Positions 36,891-52,736 of a DNA stretch of 64,000 nt are shown here, piece after piece (the stretch's first letter is position 1; each line of letters starts with the position of its first letter). The stretch is from the human T2T-CHM13v2.0 reference genome, Homo sapiens: NCBI RefSeq assembly GCF_009914755.1, contig NC_060937.1; one strand, given 5' to 3'. Made by a program: the position numbers and the translations under genes. Under the pieces are notes generated by a model, which ran no database searches, was not told the origin of the DNA, and was given only the letters and a program-made list of their open reading frames with translations.

Positions 36891-38929
36891 ATTCTGCTAA
36901 TTTTTAGGAACTTTCTCACCTTTTGACCTATGTTTTTTCTGCTCCTATTTGGCCTCTTGGATTTCTGTACATATATTTTCATTACCTCCACTGTATCTTA
37001 CTTTTTTCACTATGAAATATCAGAAATTCTAAAGGCTTCATTCTCAGCCTTTATTACCATTGATTTTTTGTTATTATTAGTAGTGTTATTTTTATTTTGT
37101 ATATGCTCTCCTTCCTTTGTCAGTAGTTCTCATCCAGAAGCACATATATAATGGCTATTTTAAGCTTTGTTAACATGTACATCCTGGGATCTCATTCTGG
37201 AAATTCTTTCTTAATTGATCTGCAGTGTTGCTCAACTATTTTTGCTTATTATTAAATTATACGATGTATATAACACTGAGAACTTGTACCATACAGACAA
37301 TAATAGTCACTGATAATTTGAATACTGTCCTTGTCTATTCATTCTAAAACCTACTTCTCTAATCCATAACATTTTAATGAAGCCCAACATTCAACTACTC
37401 TCAAGAGCAGCTCCAATAAATATGACCAAAAACAAAAAACAAGATCCATAAATTTCTTCCCTCCACTGCCCACACAAACCAAACTTAATTGTCTGTTTTC
37501 TACCCCTTATTGGGTGTACTAAGAGCTAACCAGTTAACTAGTTTCCATTGTAAGGCAATAAACTATGTCTCAAACAGATTATCTTAGGCAGTGCCCAACA
37601 GACAGTAAATTAAAGAGTTGAAACCCAATTTCAAAGTCTACAAATTTCAAGATTAGGTTTTGTTGTTTGCTTGTTTTCCTGCAGGACAATAGATTTGTGA
37701 TGTGATTAAAGTGACTCTAAAATCATGTTTGTATTAATTATTTTTCAAATTCCTTGATTGTGGTTTAAGTGTCAATTTGTTTTAAGAGTTAAAAAAAAAC
37801 CTGGAACAGATACAGTTCACTGACTACACAGGATGATGGTAAATCTGAAACATCACCTAGTGTTCAAATAGTCTCAAACAATTTAACTCTTGCCCCTGTT
37901 GAACTCATTGAAAGGCAAGCATCACTATTTAGCTCCAATTAAACAGATGAAAGGTGGGGAAGAAAAGAGAGTGGAGGAGAGGGAGAAAGAGATTAATAGA
38001 GGAGATCACATCAATTTTCAGTCAAACATTAAGTGCTTATTTACTAGTCCTAATATAAAGCTCTTTATCAATCAGTGATGACTATCTTGATACTCATTGA
38101 TTTAGTTGGTTGAAGGATCTTATCCAGATAATTAGTTGATATTTTTAAATTAATGTAAGTGATTCTGTTACTCAAAGTGTTTTTTGTTTATAAATGAGAA
38201 AAGAAATAATAGGTTTCTATGTGACATTTTGTGGAATAATGATTCAATGGAAGGATAATCTTATGTTTTCCCTTACATTAAAGGGCAGATGTGAAAGAGA
38301 TATGAATTACATAAATAAAAATGATAATTTCAAAAACAATTATGGAATGCTATGGGGGATTTAACTAATGAGTCTGTAATTACTAGTCCATAACATTTTA
38401 ATTAAGGTTCTAATTTGAAAATATGGTTGGCTATTCACAGGGGTCTTTAATTTTCTTCTTCTTATTATTTCTATTAATTAACCTAAAGTGATAGTTGAGA
38501 TTTCTTTAGCAGGTGAAGAAATAACTTGAAGGAAAACAATACCATCAATGGGATGACAGATTAACATAAAATTGTTATAAAAATTACAAACGTAGAAACC
38601 TGTCACAATTGAAAAATATCGTATTACTGTTCACTAAATAGATTATACCATTTTAAACAGAAAAAATATGTGCTTAATCAACAGTAATAGCATCACAGTA
38701 TTTTTACTGTTTAAAATTCTGTTTAAGTACATGTTCTCTCTTTTAATCTCTCCCACATATTCTCTCTTTAATCTCTCCCACATATTTTGACAGAATATCT
38801 GTTCCAGCTATCCATTTTGATAATTTGGAGGGCTCAGATTTGGGAAAAACCTGAAAATTTTTTTTGCATATTTATCAAGTTCAATTGTTGTTCACGGTTC
38901 ACTTACTGGTGTATCCATAGAGTATATGC

Positions 38930-39254
38930 TTTTTTTTTTTTTTTTTTTTTTTGAGACAGAGTCTCGCTCTGTTGCTCCAGGCTGGAGTGCAGTGGCATGA
39001 TCTCTGTGGCTCACTGCAACCTCCACGGCTTACTGCAACCTCTGCCTCCAGGTTTCAAGTGATTCTCCTGCCTCAGCCTCTGGAGTAGCTGGGATTACAG
39101 GTGTGCACCACCACGCCCAGCTAATTTTTGTATTTTTAGTACAGACGGGTTTCACCATGTTGGCCAGGCTGGTTTCAAACAGTGACCTCAAGTGAACCAC
39201 CTGCCTTAGCCTCCCAAAGTGCAGGGATTACGAGCGTGAGCCACCGTGCTGGCC
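38930..39254 (-). mobile_element. AluS with a short internal duplication
   Basis: Poly-T then gagacagagtctcgctctg; duplicated ggct(c/t)actgcaacctc; TSD approximately atatgc. Confidence 0.93.
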
Positions 39255-41368
39255 CCAAGCATATGCAAGTTTAGTGAAATAAGCAAACAAACAATATAAA
39301 GCTAATGGCTTACTACTGATTAAATTTTGACTATGTATAAGACAGTTTTCACTAACAGATCTAGAGGAGAAACTCAATGGGTAGTGGGGCAAGGGCAGCT
39401 AAAACATGGGCAAAGAATGAAGAAATTTGTTAATTCAAACTAATTGACTCTTAGTAAGAAATAATTCTTCTTATCTACAATAATAGCAAGAGCCAATAAA
39501 CTCTTCATCATTTCTTTTTTTTTTCCTCCTTGGCAAATTATTTTAGGGCTATTAGAGACAAATTCTTGGCTAGGTGGAAAAGGCCTAACTTGCTTGTCAA
39601 ATATAATTCTAATTTGTTTGCCTGCTTTAAACAAAGATGACTGAAATACCAATCATACATTTAGCAAGTTAAAAGATATGGTGCTTTAAGTCAAATATGT
39701 TAACTTTTTATTTGGTAGAAATATTATCTGTGCTTTATTTTTAATATCTGTTAATCGTTCATTAGTGACATAATATTGTTCATAACTCAGAATGGTATCA
39801 AGATCCATCAGAAGGAAAGAACTGAAAATCAACTGAAATTAAATTTTATAATATTTCATTTTTAATTTTGTTTATTTCTTCAAATCTGGAGAAGCAGATT
39901 AAAACTGACAGCCCAATGCATATTAGAGTGGAATATTAACTGAAATTTGAAGAATGTATAATAGATTTTGACTTCTTTGTGGCTTTGTGTCTCCTTTTGA
40001 GTAAAGAGTTTAAAAAGCTAAAATAAAGTGACTGCAGGAGAAAAAATTAAAAGTTAACCTCTACAATGATAGCTAAAAGTGTTTGAACAGAAACGCGTGT
40101 GTATGTATGTATATAGTGAAATATATTACAATATTTTGGATACATATACAATTTTCTTTCTTCTTTTCTTCTTGAGTGAAAAGACATAGCAGAAAATTAG
40201 AAACTGTCCAATGAAAACCCACAAAGGTGTAAACCATTTCTAGTAAATTCATATGGACCTCTCAACAATTAGGCTAATGGATAGATTAATGTTGTTCTTA
40301 TTACTGAAAGCTGTGAGGTATATTAATAATGCAGCATTTAGAGTCAGTATAAACATAAGATCTTTACTGGCAAATTGCATATATTTGCATAACATGATAA
40401 TAAGGTCTTATGGGGAGGTAGTTAATACAAACATTTATTTTTGTGCTTTCTGGGCTGAATTAATAGCTAATATGAGAACACTGAACATACATTCTGTGGA
40501 GATTATCCTTCTCTGAAATATATTCCAGAAATTACACAAAATTTTCACTAGTTAGAATTTCATAAGATTTAACCAACCAAAACCTACCTCCATTCTCCCA
40601 CACACAAGTGCCATTAAGAGTCAGGTATGAGGTTTTTTGTGAATCCAGATTAAGTTTTGATTAAGGAATCAGAGATGTGTAGCTTAACCATTGGAGCTCT
40701 TGGATGAATACAATCAGTGTATTGAACAAGAATCCAGCTGTAAAAAGCATAAGTAGTAAGTTGACAGGGAGTAGAAGTAGGGAAGTAAAGAGGTAAAATA
40801 CAAATATCAAGCCCATTACACTTTGAGAAAATGCAAATATTGGTGACATTCTCTAGTGCAGGACATAATAATCTGAACATTTATGGAATCTCTGATGCTT
40901 AAGCAGTTCATACATAATGAAGCTTTCAATAGTTAAGAGTGGAATAAGTTGAATAAGAAAATGTAAAGTGGTAAACATAAGTTTTAAATACATGTTAAGG
41001 GGCAAACCAAGCTCTAAGAGCTGCTTTCTTGAAATACTCCTTGAATCCCAGATGATAGGAGTCTTTCTGTCTCTACATTCCTTCTACATTCCCAGAGTAC
41101 ATTGTTTTAAGCTCCTCTTAGCTATTTCTTCATCAGTCTAGTCAGTAAATATCTATTGAGAAACAATTAGGCAGGCATCAAACACTGGTCTAATTTGCAA
41201 AGTGAGTGACAGTAATGAAAAAAAAAAAAGAGACAAAATTGCTTGCCTCATGGGGTTTATTTCTAGTAGAAGCTGTTAAGAAAAAATAATAATTTGGTTA
41301 TAAAATGGATCTGTTCTTTGAAATAAATCCACCCTTCTGGGGGCACATATAGGCTTATGTATCTTCTG

Positions 41369-41370
<2 letters not shown>

Positions 41371-41426
<56 letters not shown>

Positions 41427-41450
41427 AACAGAAACAGAGAGAGAGAGAGG
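41371..41450. repeat. (TG)n(AG)n compound microsatellite
   Basis: Read directly. Confidence 0.95.
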
Positions 41451-43049
41451 AAGAGAATCATGACAGTGACTTGGCAAGCTTAAATTTACTTGTATCTTTG
41501 AATCTACTGATTCATGCAACTCTCCTGTCTTCATCTTGGGGAAATTCTCTCTGGCTTAACAATTAAGGTCAGAGCTAAAGTAAAAAGTATACATTTAGAA
41601 CATGAGAAAATTTGAGCAAGAGTGTCCCTTTTAGCATTACGAGGCTAACCTCACCTCTGGCTACCACTTCCAGAGACCCTTGCAGCTTCAGGCTTCTTAA
41701 AAAATATCTTAAAACATACAGAATGCCAACTGTATGAGGTGCCTGTAATACACCTGGGCACCTCAGAAAAGACACCTGAGCACCTTAGTAGATGTGACTA
41801 AGAACACAGCGAGAACAGTAGTACCACATCATTAGGGGCTGAGGGTCTACATGGATCTGGATGCCAGGTTCAATGAAAAGGCCAGAGACTCACCCCTATT
41901 TCTGGTGCTCTGTCTAAAGATATCCTCTGCTTCCAGTCATCTGTTTTAAGTGCTGCTTCTCCCATGGTTATTGCTACATTGTGCAACATCAATGTTTGTT
42001 CTTTTATATTTTACTGTATTTTATAATATTAGGAAGCAGAGAATATGCAATTTTCCCAGTGCTTGAATATAGTAAGTACTTAATATATAATGAATTCCCT
42101 TTCCATAAGAGATTTTATATCCTGTAGTATGTTACTATCCAGCCATATATCACATCAGAAACCTACTGTGACAGAGTTTATTTGGGATCCTGATTCAACA
42201 ATACCGTGGAAGTTATTAAAAATAAAGTTGAAAAAAGTAGCCTCTGCTATTTTTCAAGTGTTTGTATTTAAGGATAGGAAACATATTACAGGAATGTATT
42301 CTCAGAATAGGTCAAACATACTTACTTGGTTTCTATTAAACATACAAATAACCAATATACAGATTGTTCTGGCAACAATTTTCCTTTGGATTAGTCTTGA
42401 GCAAATACAACGGTAATCTACCACTTGAATACATAGTGTCTAACCTTGCATTTTTTAAAATAAAAGTCCTTATCCTTTATATTATTTTTCCTTTAGAAAA
42501 ACAATAATTGGGTAGAACAGGTATTCCTGTTATCTGGCAGATGAAGAATTTAAGCCATAAAATTAAATTACTTTTGAAGGTTAAAAAGTGGTCAATATAG
42601 AAATTTAGACTCAATTGTTGTAAAACTAAATATCTAATGACAAATAACAAATGGAAGCTCGGTGACATAACTAATTTAAAATGTATTTATTATAGGTACT
42701 TAGAATATCCTTCATTAAGTATTTGAGTTCTATATTGTCAATGATGATAAGGCAACTCATGATTTACAGTTTTCTTTTATCCTACCTTGTTCATACATGA
42801 CAAAACAAAACAATATTTTGCACCATAACTCAGCTTAGAGGGCTTACGACAAACACAGTGAGCCATCCCCATGAGCATGTCACCTTGCTGTACCTCTGTC
42901 ACCTTTACTTTTTTTTCCATCGACATCATTTCTTGCTTTTATGTTTCCTTTTTTCTTTATAGTACATTTTTTGAAAGATTCCTCTATACTGCTTTCTTCA
43001 TTCTTCTCCATTTTTTTTCTATAAAACCCATTTTTATCAGGCATTTGAT

Positions 43050-44380
43050 CCTACTAAAAATGCTCTTGTCAAGGTCACCAACAGTGGCCACTTTGGTAAG
43101 TCCAGTCGTCTAGTCTCAGAAATCTTATTGCCAGCAGCCTTTCATACAGTTGATTTTCCCATCTTTCTCACTCTTTACTGCTAGTACAGTACAGTTTATG
43201 CTCTTCCTACATCAGTAGTAGCAGCTTTCCTGTTTTTCTTTATTGTTTTTTGCTCTTCTCCCTGACTTGTGTACACTGGAGTGACTTAAATCTTGATTGT
43301 GTTAGCACTTCTTTTCATATGTGCACCTGATATGCTGGAGATCTCCATCAGTGTCAGTACTTTGTGTTCTATTTATATGATAGAAGACTCCTCAGCTTGT
43401 TACAGTTCTGATTTGTCTCATAAACTTTCGATGTTGTGTACGTTAAGCTTGATCTATCTCAAACTGTAAAAGGCAAAACTAAACGAGTGATCTTCAGTCC
43501 CAGACCTGCCCTCCTGATGTGTTCCCCTTTCAGTCAATAATGATGCCTTCTTCCACTTAAATGGGTCTATTTTTTTAAATGGCTAGTCTTGACTCCTCTT
43601 TCAACTCACATGTGCTATTTCAGAACATTTTCTTGCATTCTTCAAAAATTATCCTGATTTCAACTACTTCTCCCTACTTCTATTGCTTTTTCCCTAACAC
43701 TTCCCAACATTATTTCTGGCCTGGATTGTTTTAAATGCCTCTTAATTGATCTCCTTGCTTTGAATCTTTCTCCACATTCTATTTCATTATCATAATAACA
43801 GCCAGAATAATTGTACAATATCAGTCAGAAAACCGTTTCTCTGCTCTCCCTGCAATGGCTCTGCATTTCACCTAGAATCAAAGGCCTTAACAATGGCCTG
43901 TAAGTCTCCACAGCATCTTACCCTTTTCCTTTAATGCGCTGATTGCACATCCTATTACTCTCTGAACTGCATACTCTGTCTCACTACACTGGACTTGTCT
44001 TTATTCCTCACACTTTCTGTACATGCTTTTGTATGGCTGTTCCCTTTTCCTAAAATGTTCTTGTTTCCCAAAATCACCATGGCTCCCTAATCTCTCTCAA
44101 ATCATGAATCATTTTTCAAAGAAGTCTACTATGGCTACTCAAATTACAAGTCTTCGTCCACATCCACCATCACTGTAAGCAATGTTTTCCCATAAAATCT
44201 ATCTTCATCTTACCTATATAATACTTAACCTATTTACTGACTTGCTTACATGTCTAGACACAAAAAATAAGATTTATAATGGAGGACTTTCATTCACTTT
44301 GTTCAAAGATTTATATCCAATGCCTAAAATAGTACCTGTCATATAGTAAGGGCTCAATACGAATTTGTTGAATAAAATGA
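43050..44380 (+). mobile_element. L2 relic
   Basis: ctcttgtcaaggtcaccaac, tctggcctggattgttttaaatgcctc; L2 3' end ctcaatacgaatttgttgaataaaatgaa. Confidence 0.7.
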
Positions 44381-45503
44381 AACCATGATTCAATTTCATT
44401 TTTATGTAGGACTCATACTGTCACAATAAGTAGTTGTATAATACAGTTTTTTAGCTTAAAAATTCGATAAGATGATTGAATATTTAGGGTGTCTTCTATA
44501 GCACCTATGCTTTCTTCATACTAAGAGTATATGAAATGGTATTTTATTATTAAATATTAAAGTTATTTATAACAAAATATTGAAATATTTAAAATATTGC
44601 ATATTAAAGGCATTGAAATATGTAGCTTCAGGCAAAGTAAAAGAGATGCCTTTCTATAGATGTCTTCTGTCTTGCTTTATACTTTCAGTTATAGGGAACT
44701 TTAAACAAAATATACTTATCATTATCACATTGCATGATCAAACAAATATATGGCAACTATTATTCGCATTTATGTTTTTAACACATCTTAGAGTTTAAAA
44801 GATTATAGATGATACATATAAAATAAAAGTAATCATGTGATTTAAAGACAACACTTCTTTTTTCCAGCATGGAATGGAGTCTTACTATACTAGTGATAAC
44901 TGTGCTATCTGAAGTAGGCATGAATTATAAGTCCTTATTGCACAAAGATAGAATATGACTCAGAGATTTTTGACATTGAAAAGCTATTACTTATAGCCAG
45001 TAAACTAGGCTGAACAAAATCCCAGGTGCTCTGACCCCTGTGCACTGTTCTTTCTCCTGAAGCATTTACTCACAAGACATGTTTTTCTTGTAAATTTGAT
45101 ATGAAAGCCAGTCACCAAATATTGATATCCTAAGTCAGGTGGTTTTGCTCAGCGAATGGTTTAGTGACATATAGAGGAAACAAATTACCCAGTAATCAAT
45201 ATACTGCACTGCTGTTCTCTTCCCCACCTTATCTGAATGTACATTCTAGTGAGGCAAGACAGGTAATGAACAATAAACAAACAGCATGAAGTCATGAAAG
45301 CCACAGAAGAAAATGGGGTAAAAAAAAAAAAAGGAAAGAGAGAAATTTAAAGGGATGAAGGGAATATTCAAAATTTTGAAAGGAATAAAAGGAAGTATTT
45401 TCTACACGAAAGGTGATTTCTTAGGGACGATTATAAACAATAAATGAGACTGTGTTCTATTAACCTTCCTAGGAAAACTTTACTAGGATACACAGCTAAT
45501 AGC

Positions 45504-45993
45504 TGTGGTAGGCAAAATAATCCTTCCCATTGCCAGTGATGTCTCAATCCCCACAACTTGTGAATATATTACCTTATGTGGCAAGATGAAATTAAGGTTG
45601 CTAATCAGCGGACCTTGAGATGAAGAGATGGCCTGGATTGCCCAGGTAGCCCCTATGCAATCTCAGCACCCTTATAAGTAAAAGAAGGAGAGAAAGGAGT
45701 CAGATTTAGAGAAGATACAATGCTGGAAGGAGAGGTCAGAGTGACGGGATCGCTGGCTTTGAAGAAGCAAGAGGACCATAATCCAAGAAACATGGGCAGA
45801 GCAAGAATTTAGGAAAGGCAAAGAAACAGATTATCTGTTAGAGCCTCCAGGAAAGAATACAGCCTGCCAACACTAATTTCTGCCCAGGGAGACTCATTAA
45901 GGATTTCTGATATCTAAAATAGTAAAATAAGATGTTTTCTTAAGACACTAAATGTGTGGTAACTTGTTATAGTGGCAATAGAAAACTAATACA
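45504..45993 (+). mobile_element. MLT1D-like solo LTR
   Basis: tgtggtaggcaaaataat ... gcaatagaaaactaataca; perfect 5-bp TSD atagc. Confidence 0.85.
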
Positions 45994-46203
45994 ATAGCTT
46001 TTGTTTTCTATTGTGTCATTTCTTAATTAGGAAATATTTAAAACGTTTAAAAATAAAAATGAGATACATTTATATTTCTTCCTTAGAGAAAATTAATACC
46101 TACAATTTATTTTACTGTATTATTTTTCACACATCAATTTAACATTGCTAAGATAATACAGTTTTATCTTTTGAAACTTAAAATAATTTTGTCTATATTT
46201 TGA

Positions 46204-46505
46204 TTTTTTTTTTTTTTTTGACAGAGTCTCACTCTGTTGCCCAGGCTGGAGTGCAGTGGTGCGATCTCAGCTCACTTAAACCTCTGCCTCCTGGATTCAA
46301 GCATTCAAGCAATTCTCCTGCCTCAGCCTCTCAAGTAGCTGGGACTAGAGGTGCACACCACTATGCCTGGCTAATTTTTGAATTTTTAGTAGTGACTGGG
46401 TGTCACTATGTTGGCCAGGCTGGTCTTAAACTCCTGACCTAGTGATTTACCCTCCTTGTCCTCTCAAAGTGCAGGGATTACAGGCATGAGCCACCACACC
46501 CAGCC
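46204..46505 (-). mobile_element. AluS
   Basis: Full dimer on the minus strand with an 8-bp duplication (ttcaagca twice). Confidence 0.92.
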
Positions 46506-46828
46506 TTGATGTTTTTTATGATACATAAAGTGGAAAATTCTGATAGTATTAGTATCACTTATTATTGTAATTGCTTCCTACCATTTCATTATTTACTTAT
46601 ACCATAACTATTTGTCTTCTGCTAAACATTTAACCTTTTCTTTTTTATTGCAAATAATGCTACAAATAAATTGAGTTATTTCTAGTATACTAATGCATCA
46701 TAATACTCTAGGTCCTGCTCTTTTTGGGCTATCAGTATTTCAGCACTCAGAACAAAATAACTTTACTGAACTAGGTCAACAAGTAAACCTCTATTTTTTA
46801 TGATAAAAATAGGATGTCTAGATCAGTG

Positions 46829-47004
46829 GCCATTTGTTCCCATTCCCTCACATCAGTCCATGAAAAAAGTAAATGTGTTAGTCCCTCTCTTGACATTTAA
46901 AGAAAATAGTACATCCGCCATTTGTTCCCATTCCCTCACATCAGTCCATGAAAAAAGTAAATGTGTTAGTCCCTCTCTTGACATTTAAAGAAAATAGTAC
47001 ATCC
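46829..47004. repeat. Perfect 88-bp tandem duplication
   Basis: 46829-46916 is identical to 46917-47004. Confidence 0.96.
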
Positions 47005-47838
47005 TACTGAGAGCTTTACCCTTCCAATTAGCATTTCCCTCAGAGATTTCCTTCCTTCACCAGATTAGTCAGCAGTAGTCTTCTGATGAGAATTTGAAGA
47101 TATCAGTTTTCTTTTATTTGAACCCACCAAGAAGAAAATACATTTATGTAGCTTTCTTTGGCATAGGTAGCTCACTGTGGGTGATAATAAAGACCTGTTA
47201 TTATTATTTGATATAATGATTTGGCAAGCTGGGATGATCAAAATGGTCTTGCAAGAAAGTGCATATCCATAAAAGGTGAAAAAAGTTACTTGAGCACACC
47301 AGGGCACTATTCTATGCTTGAAAATATGAATCAGCATATTGAAGAATTAAAATATTGTGTGAATAATTTGGACAGATCAAAAGAAGCATATTAACTCTAA
47401 AATTAATTTTCCCCATCTACTATTCAGCATGAAGGTGAATAATCATGCTCCTCTGCTCAATTCTAACTATACTTAGTTGTGGTAAAGTTAATTTTTTAAG
47501 CAAATGGCCTTTAACACATGCAGGCTTCTGCTGACACATTTATTTTGAAAGAATGGAATGGGAGAGATGGAGATGCAAGTATTTGTATTTTTAACTTTTT
47601 TATTTTATTTTATTGTTGTTGTTCCTTACATAATAATTTTTATCAAGCAGCTTTTTGACATATCCTTTGTTTTTCTGAGCGTATCTAATCAACAAAGAAT
47701 GAGTCCTCCAAGCATATAAAAATAAAATACTCATGGGCATTTAGCAATGAAGGATTAACCCCTGCCCAGGGGTTTGATAATCCCAGTGTTAATGAAAAAC
47801 TGAGGTTCTAAATATGTCTTGATAAAAAGAGAACCTGA

Positions 47839-48306
<468 letters not shown>

Positions 48307-49017
48307 TCACTTTAAGTCATAGAATGGCAGACCTAAGAGTGCCAACTTTAGGACTAAGTCTTAAGAAGGTTTGGCAGAAGCTGCTTTTGCACTTTTGGGA
48401 GCCCTGAGCTGCCAAATATGAAGTTCAGCTTCTTTATTGCACATACAAATGGATAGACTGTGTGGAGAAGCCAAGCGAAGAGGAAGAGGTCCTGAGTCCA
48501 TACAAAGAGATGCAGACTTCACAGCTTCCCAGATGATCCAAACCTTCCAGCCCTTCATTCCTCAGAGCCAGGCAAATGAGTGGAATCATCCTGGACATCC
48601 CAGTCCCAGTGGCCATCTAATTACAACTACATGAAAGACCCTAGGCAAAAACAGCAGAACTGCCCAAGTAAGTCGGATAATAATGCATTAGTGTTTTAAG
48701 TCACTAACGTTTGTAGTGGCCTTAGAAACCAATAACCAAAGCAGGGATTCATGAACATGGGAGCAATCATAGGGGTCCTTTGGCTTATTATATGTCTTCT
48801 GTCATTTTGTCATTTAAATGGGCCTATCACACAGCACTTTAGAAAGCTGTGCTCTTATCAGAGATAAGAAAGCTGAATGTTTATAGATTTTATGACAGGT
48901 TTTAAATATACTGAACCTATATTACACTCCAACGATGAAAAACTCAGTGAAAACCATTCACATATGCATAAGGCAGAAATGATCATGTCACATTTTTGCT
49001 TAAAACTTTCCAATGTT

Positions 49018-49369
<352 letters not shown>

Positions 49370-49579
49370 CTAAATGATCTCTGCCTCTGTAATGTGTCTG
49401 ATTCTATCCCTACTGGTGTCTCTCTCTCACTTTCTCTCCCTCTTTCTCTCTCATCCTTTTTACCCACCTCTTCCCCCATCCCTGTTTTATGGTGCTAGAT
49501 TCCTTAATGTTCCTGGATTAGTACACACATTCCTTGGAGTGTTTGCTTTTGTTGTTTTCTCTGTCAGTAATAACTGCTG

Positions 49580-50030
49580 AAATTGCTGAGTATTTAGTAG
49601 GTGACAGGCACTGAGCTTTAAAATTTTTAATGTAAACTGCAAATCAACTCATAAGGTATACTGCCCATTTGGAGAAACTGAGACAGAGAACATTAAAACC
49701 CTTGCCAAGATAGCAAGAGTCTTAATTATAAAGACTTGTATTATTATTTGATAAAATAGTTTGGCAAGCTGGAATGATCAAAATGGTCTTGCAAGAAAGT
49801 GCATATCTATAAAAGGTAAAAAAAAGTTGCTTGAGCAAAGCAGGGCACTATTCTATGCTTGAAAATATGAATCACCATATTCAAAAAATAGATATTACAT
49901 GTTTGAGCATAGTGAATAATTTTGAGAGATGAAAAGAAGCATATTAACTCTAAAATTCATTCTTAATGAAAGAACCAAGATTTGATTACAGGCTGCCTGG
50001 CCTAGAATTCCTATACTTAAGCACCATAGT
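49580..50030 (-). mobile_element. MIR relic split by a 234-bp insert
   Basis: cccatttggagaaactgagacagag...cttgccaagatagcaagag | gaaagaaccaagatttga...ggctgcctggcc MIR core on both sides of the insert. Confidence 0.6.
49727..49960 (+). repeat. Dispersed direct duplicate of 47187-47408
   Basis: About 90% identity plus one ~12-bp indel; flanked by tcttaat at 49720-49726 and 49961-49967. Confidence 0.92.
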
Positions 50031-51305
50031 ACAGCTCTCTGAAATACTCTTCTACTAAATACCTTAACAGTTATTTCTCAACTTTCTTCATGCCTTTGCT
50101 TTAATGCAATCTCAGAAGAAGGGTCACTTTTCTAACTCTATATAAAATTAGAAGCCTTATCATCTGTATCCTCTTACCCTACTTTATCTTTCTTCATAAC
50201 ACCAATCATGGTTTGCATGCATATTTATTTGTTCATTGTTCATCTCTCTTTCTCCTAAAAATTAAAAAAGTAGTGAATTTTTCTTTGCAGGTCACTTCCA
50301 AGTCCTAGTGCCAAGAAAGGTACCCCCAAAATAACAGGCACTAAATAAATATTTGTCAAATGAAAAAAAAAAAGAAGACATAACCTCAATCCACTTTGCA
50401 ATGTGAATATAGTTTGACCATACACTGCTTCTCTATTTTTATTCTTTCACTACTGCAAATTGTTATTTAAATACTAATTTTCATTTATATTTTATATTTT
50501 CATTTATACTTTATATTTTGTGGCTCAAGTTGGTTATAGATTTTTTAAGTGCAGGATATAACTTATTTTTTAATAATCTATTACTTTATGCATTATGAGC
50601 AAACAAATCCATTTCTTAAGTGTGCCTGATTCTTTTTCATGAATTACAGACTCAACAACAAATTCAAGTAACAATGACTTCTAGATCTACACTGCAATAT
50701 GTATCTAAATTCTGATTAATAACATTAGCTTACATCTTACCATTAATTTTCTTATCGTAAAATGGGGATGATGATATTAATGGCTATATGTTTACCTATG
50801 AGTAATGATAGGTTACATTATCATGCAGTGACCATATGTTTTGGAATTCAAAATAAGTTTTGAGGGTGAGCTTTAGAAAAGTTATATATAAAATCCCCAG
50901 CAATGATTACAGCCATGTGTAATATAAAACATTTATATTTCTGCATTGAAATCCATGAATACTTACCAACAGTAGAATTTTTTAAAGATAGCATATAGCC
51001 TTAGGACAGAATAGTTCACAACTTGTCATGGTTTAGCTGCTACACGTTATAATAAAACTTTCATTTTTGACAGTTTTTATAAATGAGTCAGAAAGAAAAA
51101 TGAGAAGTAAAATGACCAAAGTTTATAAATTTCCAACTTATGGAAGCCACTATATATAAAAAGTTTATCAATTTATTGATTTAGTAATTGCACATTAAGT
51201 TTACACATACTAATTTTAACTAACATTATTAAATTAAAATAATTCATAGTACTAGTATGGAGAATGTTGTGAAGATATAACCAATTTTATATGCTTTTAT
51301 AAATA

Positions 51306-51668
51306 CAGACAATCCCTGACTTACAATAATTCAACTTAAGATATTTCAACTTTATGATGGTGCAAAAGCAATATGCATTCAATAGAAACTGTACTTTGAG
51401 TACCAATATAATTGTTCTGTTTTTCACTTTCAGCAGCATTCAATAAAGTACATGAGATATTTAACACTTTATTATAAAATAGGCTTTCTGTTGGATGATT
51501 TTGCTCAAGAGCAAGCCATTGTAAGTGTTCTGAGCACCTTAAAGGTAGGCTAGGCTAAGTTATGATGTTTAATAGGTTAGCATATTAAATCTATTGTTGA
51601 TTTACAATATTTTCAACTTATGATGTGTTTAGTGGGACAGAACCCCATCATAAGTCAAAGAGAATCTG
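51306..51668. mobile_element. Tigger3a/MER7-like non-autonomous DNA transposon
   Basis: TA|cagacaatccctgacttac ... taagtcaaagagaatctg|TA: imperfect terminal inverted repeats with TA duplication. Confidence 0.75.
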
Positions 51669-52423
51669 TAGTGCAAATTGATAAAAATGGTTTTGATGGT
51701 GGGAGGAGTTTTCTAACCTGACATCTTCTCAGTAAGCCTGCGTTCACCAATTTACACACATGTGAAAAGAGTTGTAATGTAACATATTTTGGTAATTTAT
51801 AAGACAGAATCGTAAGTCCTTGGGTTTCATTGTCCTTACAAGATATTGAAAATAAACTAAATGTCATATATGTCATCATGAAAACACTCCTCTTATAAAT
51901 CTCTCCGCACTTAGGAATGATGCAATTAATTATTTTAAAATATAGAGCTGCTGAATGTTATTGCCTATCGGAAGATATTTCAACATTAATGAACAAAAAT
52001 TTAATAGAATGCTTTAAATTATATAGAAGCTAAAAGGCCTAAGCAAAGGCTAATGGCCTCTGTTTATTTTATTGTCCACTAGATTATCCCGAGAACAGAA
52101 AATGCATATTAATTCATTTAGTTGAACATTTTAAATTTCTATTGCTCAACCAATTTGAATTGTTATACATATTCTTGATACTTTTAATACATATAATACA
52201 AAGACTACTTTGTGAAATTTGCATATTTTGCTGGTTGTTATTAGCTGACCAAAAAGCAAACAAAAATTCACTAGAATTGTTGAAGAATGAAATAAAATAG
52301 AAAACATATTACAATGTAAAATGAATAAGAAAGAAGTAAAATTTCAGAATATTTTGAAATGCTGACTTCAATGGAGTAGAGGATGATATTTACTCTTGGC
52401 CGAAGTAAATAGTAAATGTATTA

Positions 52424-52736
<313 letters not shown>

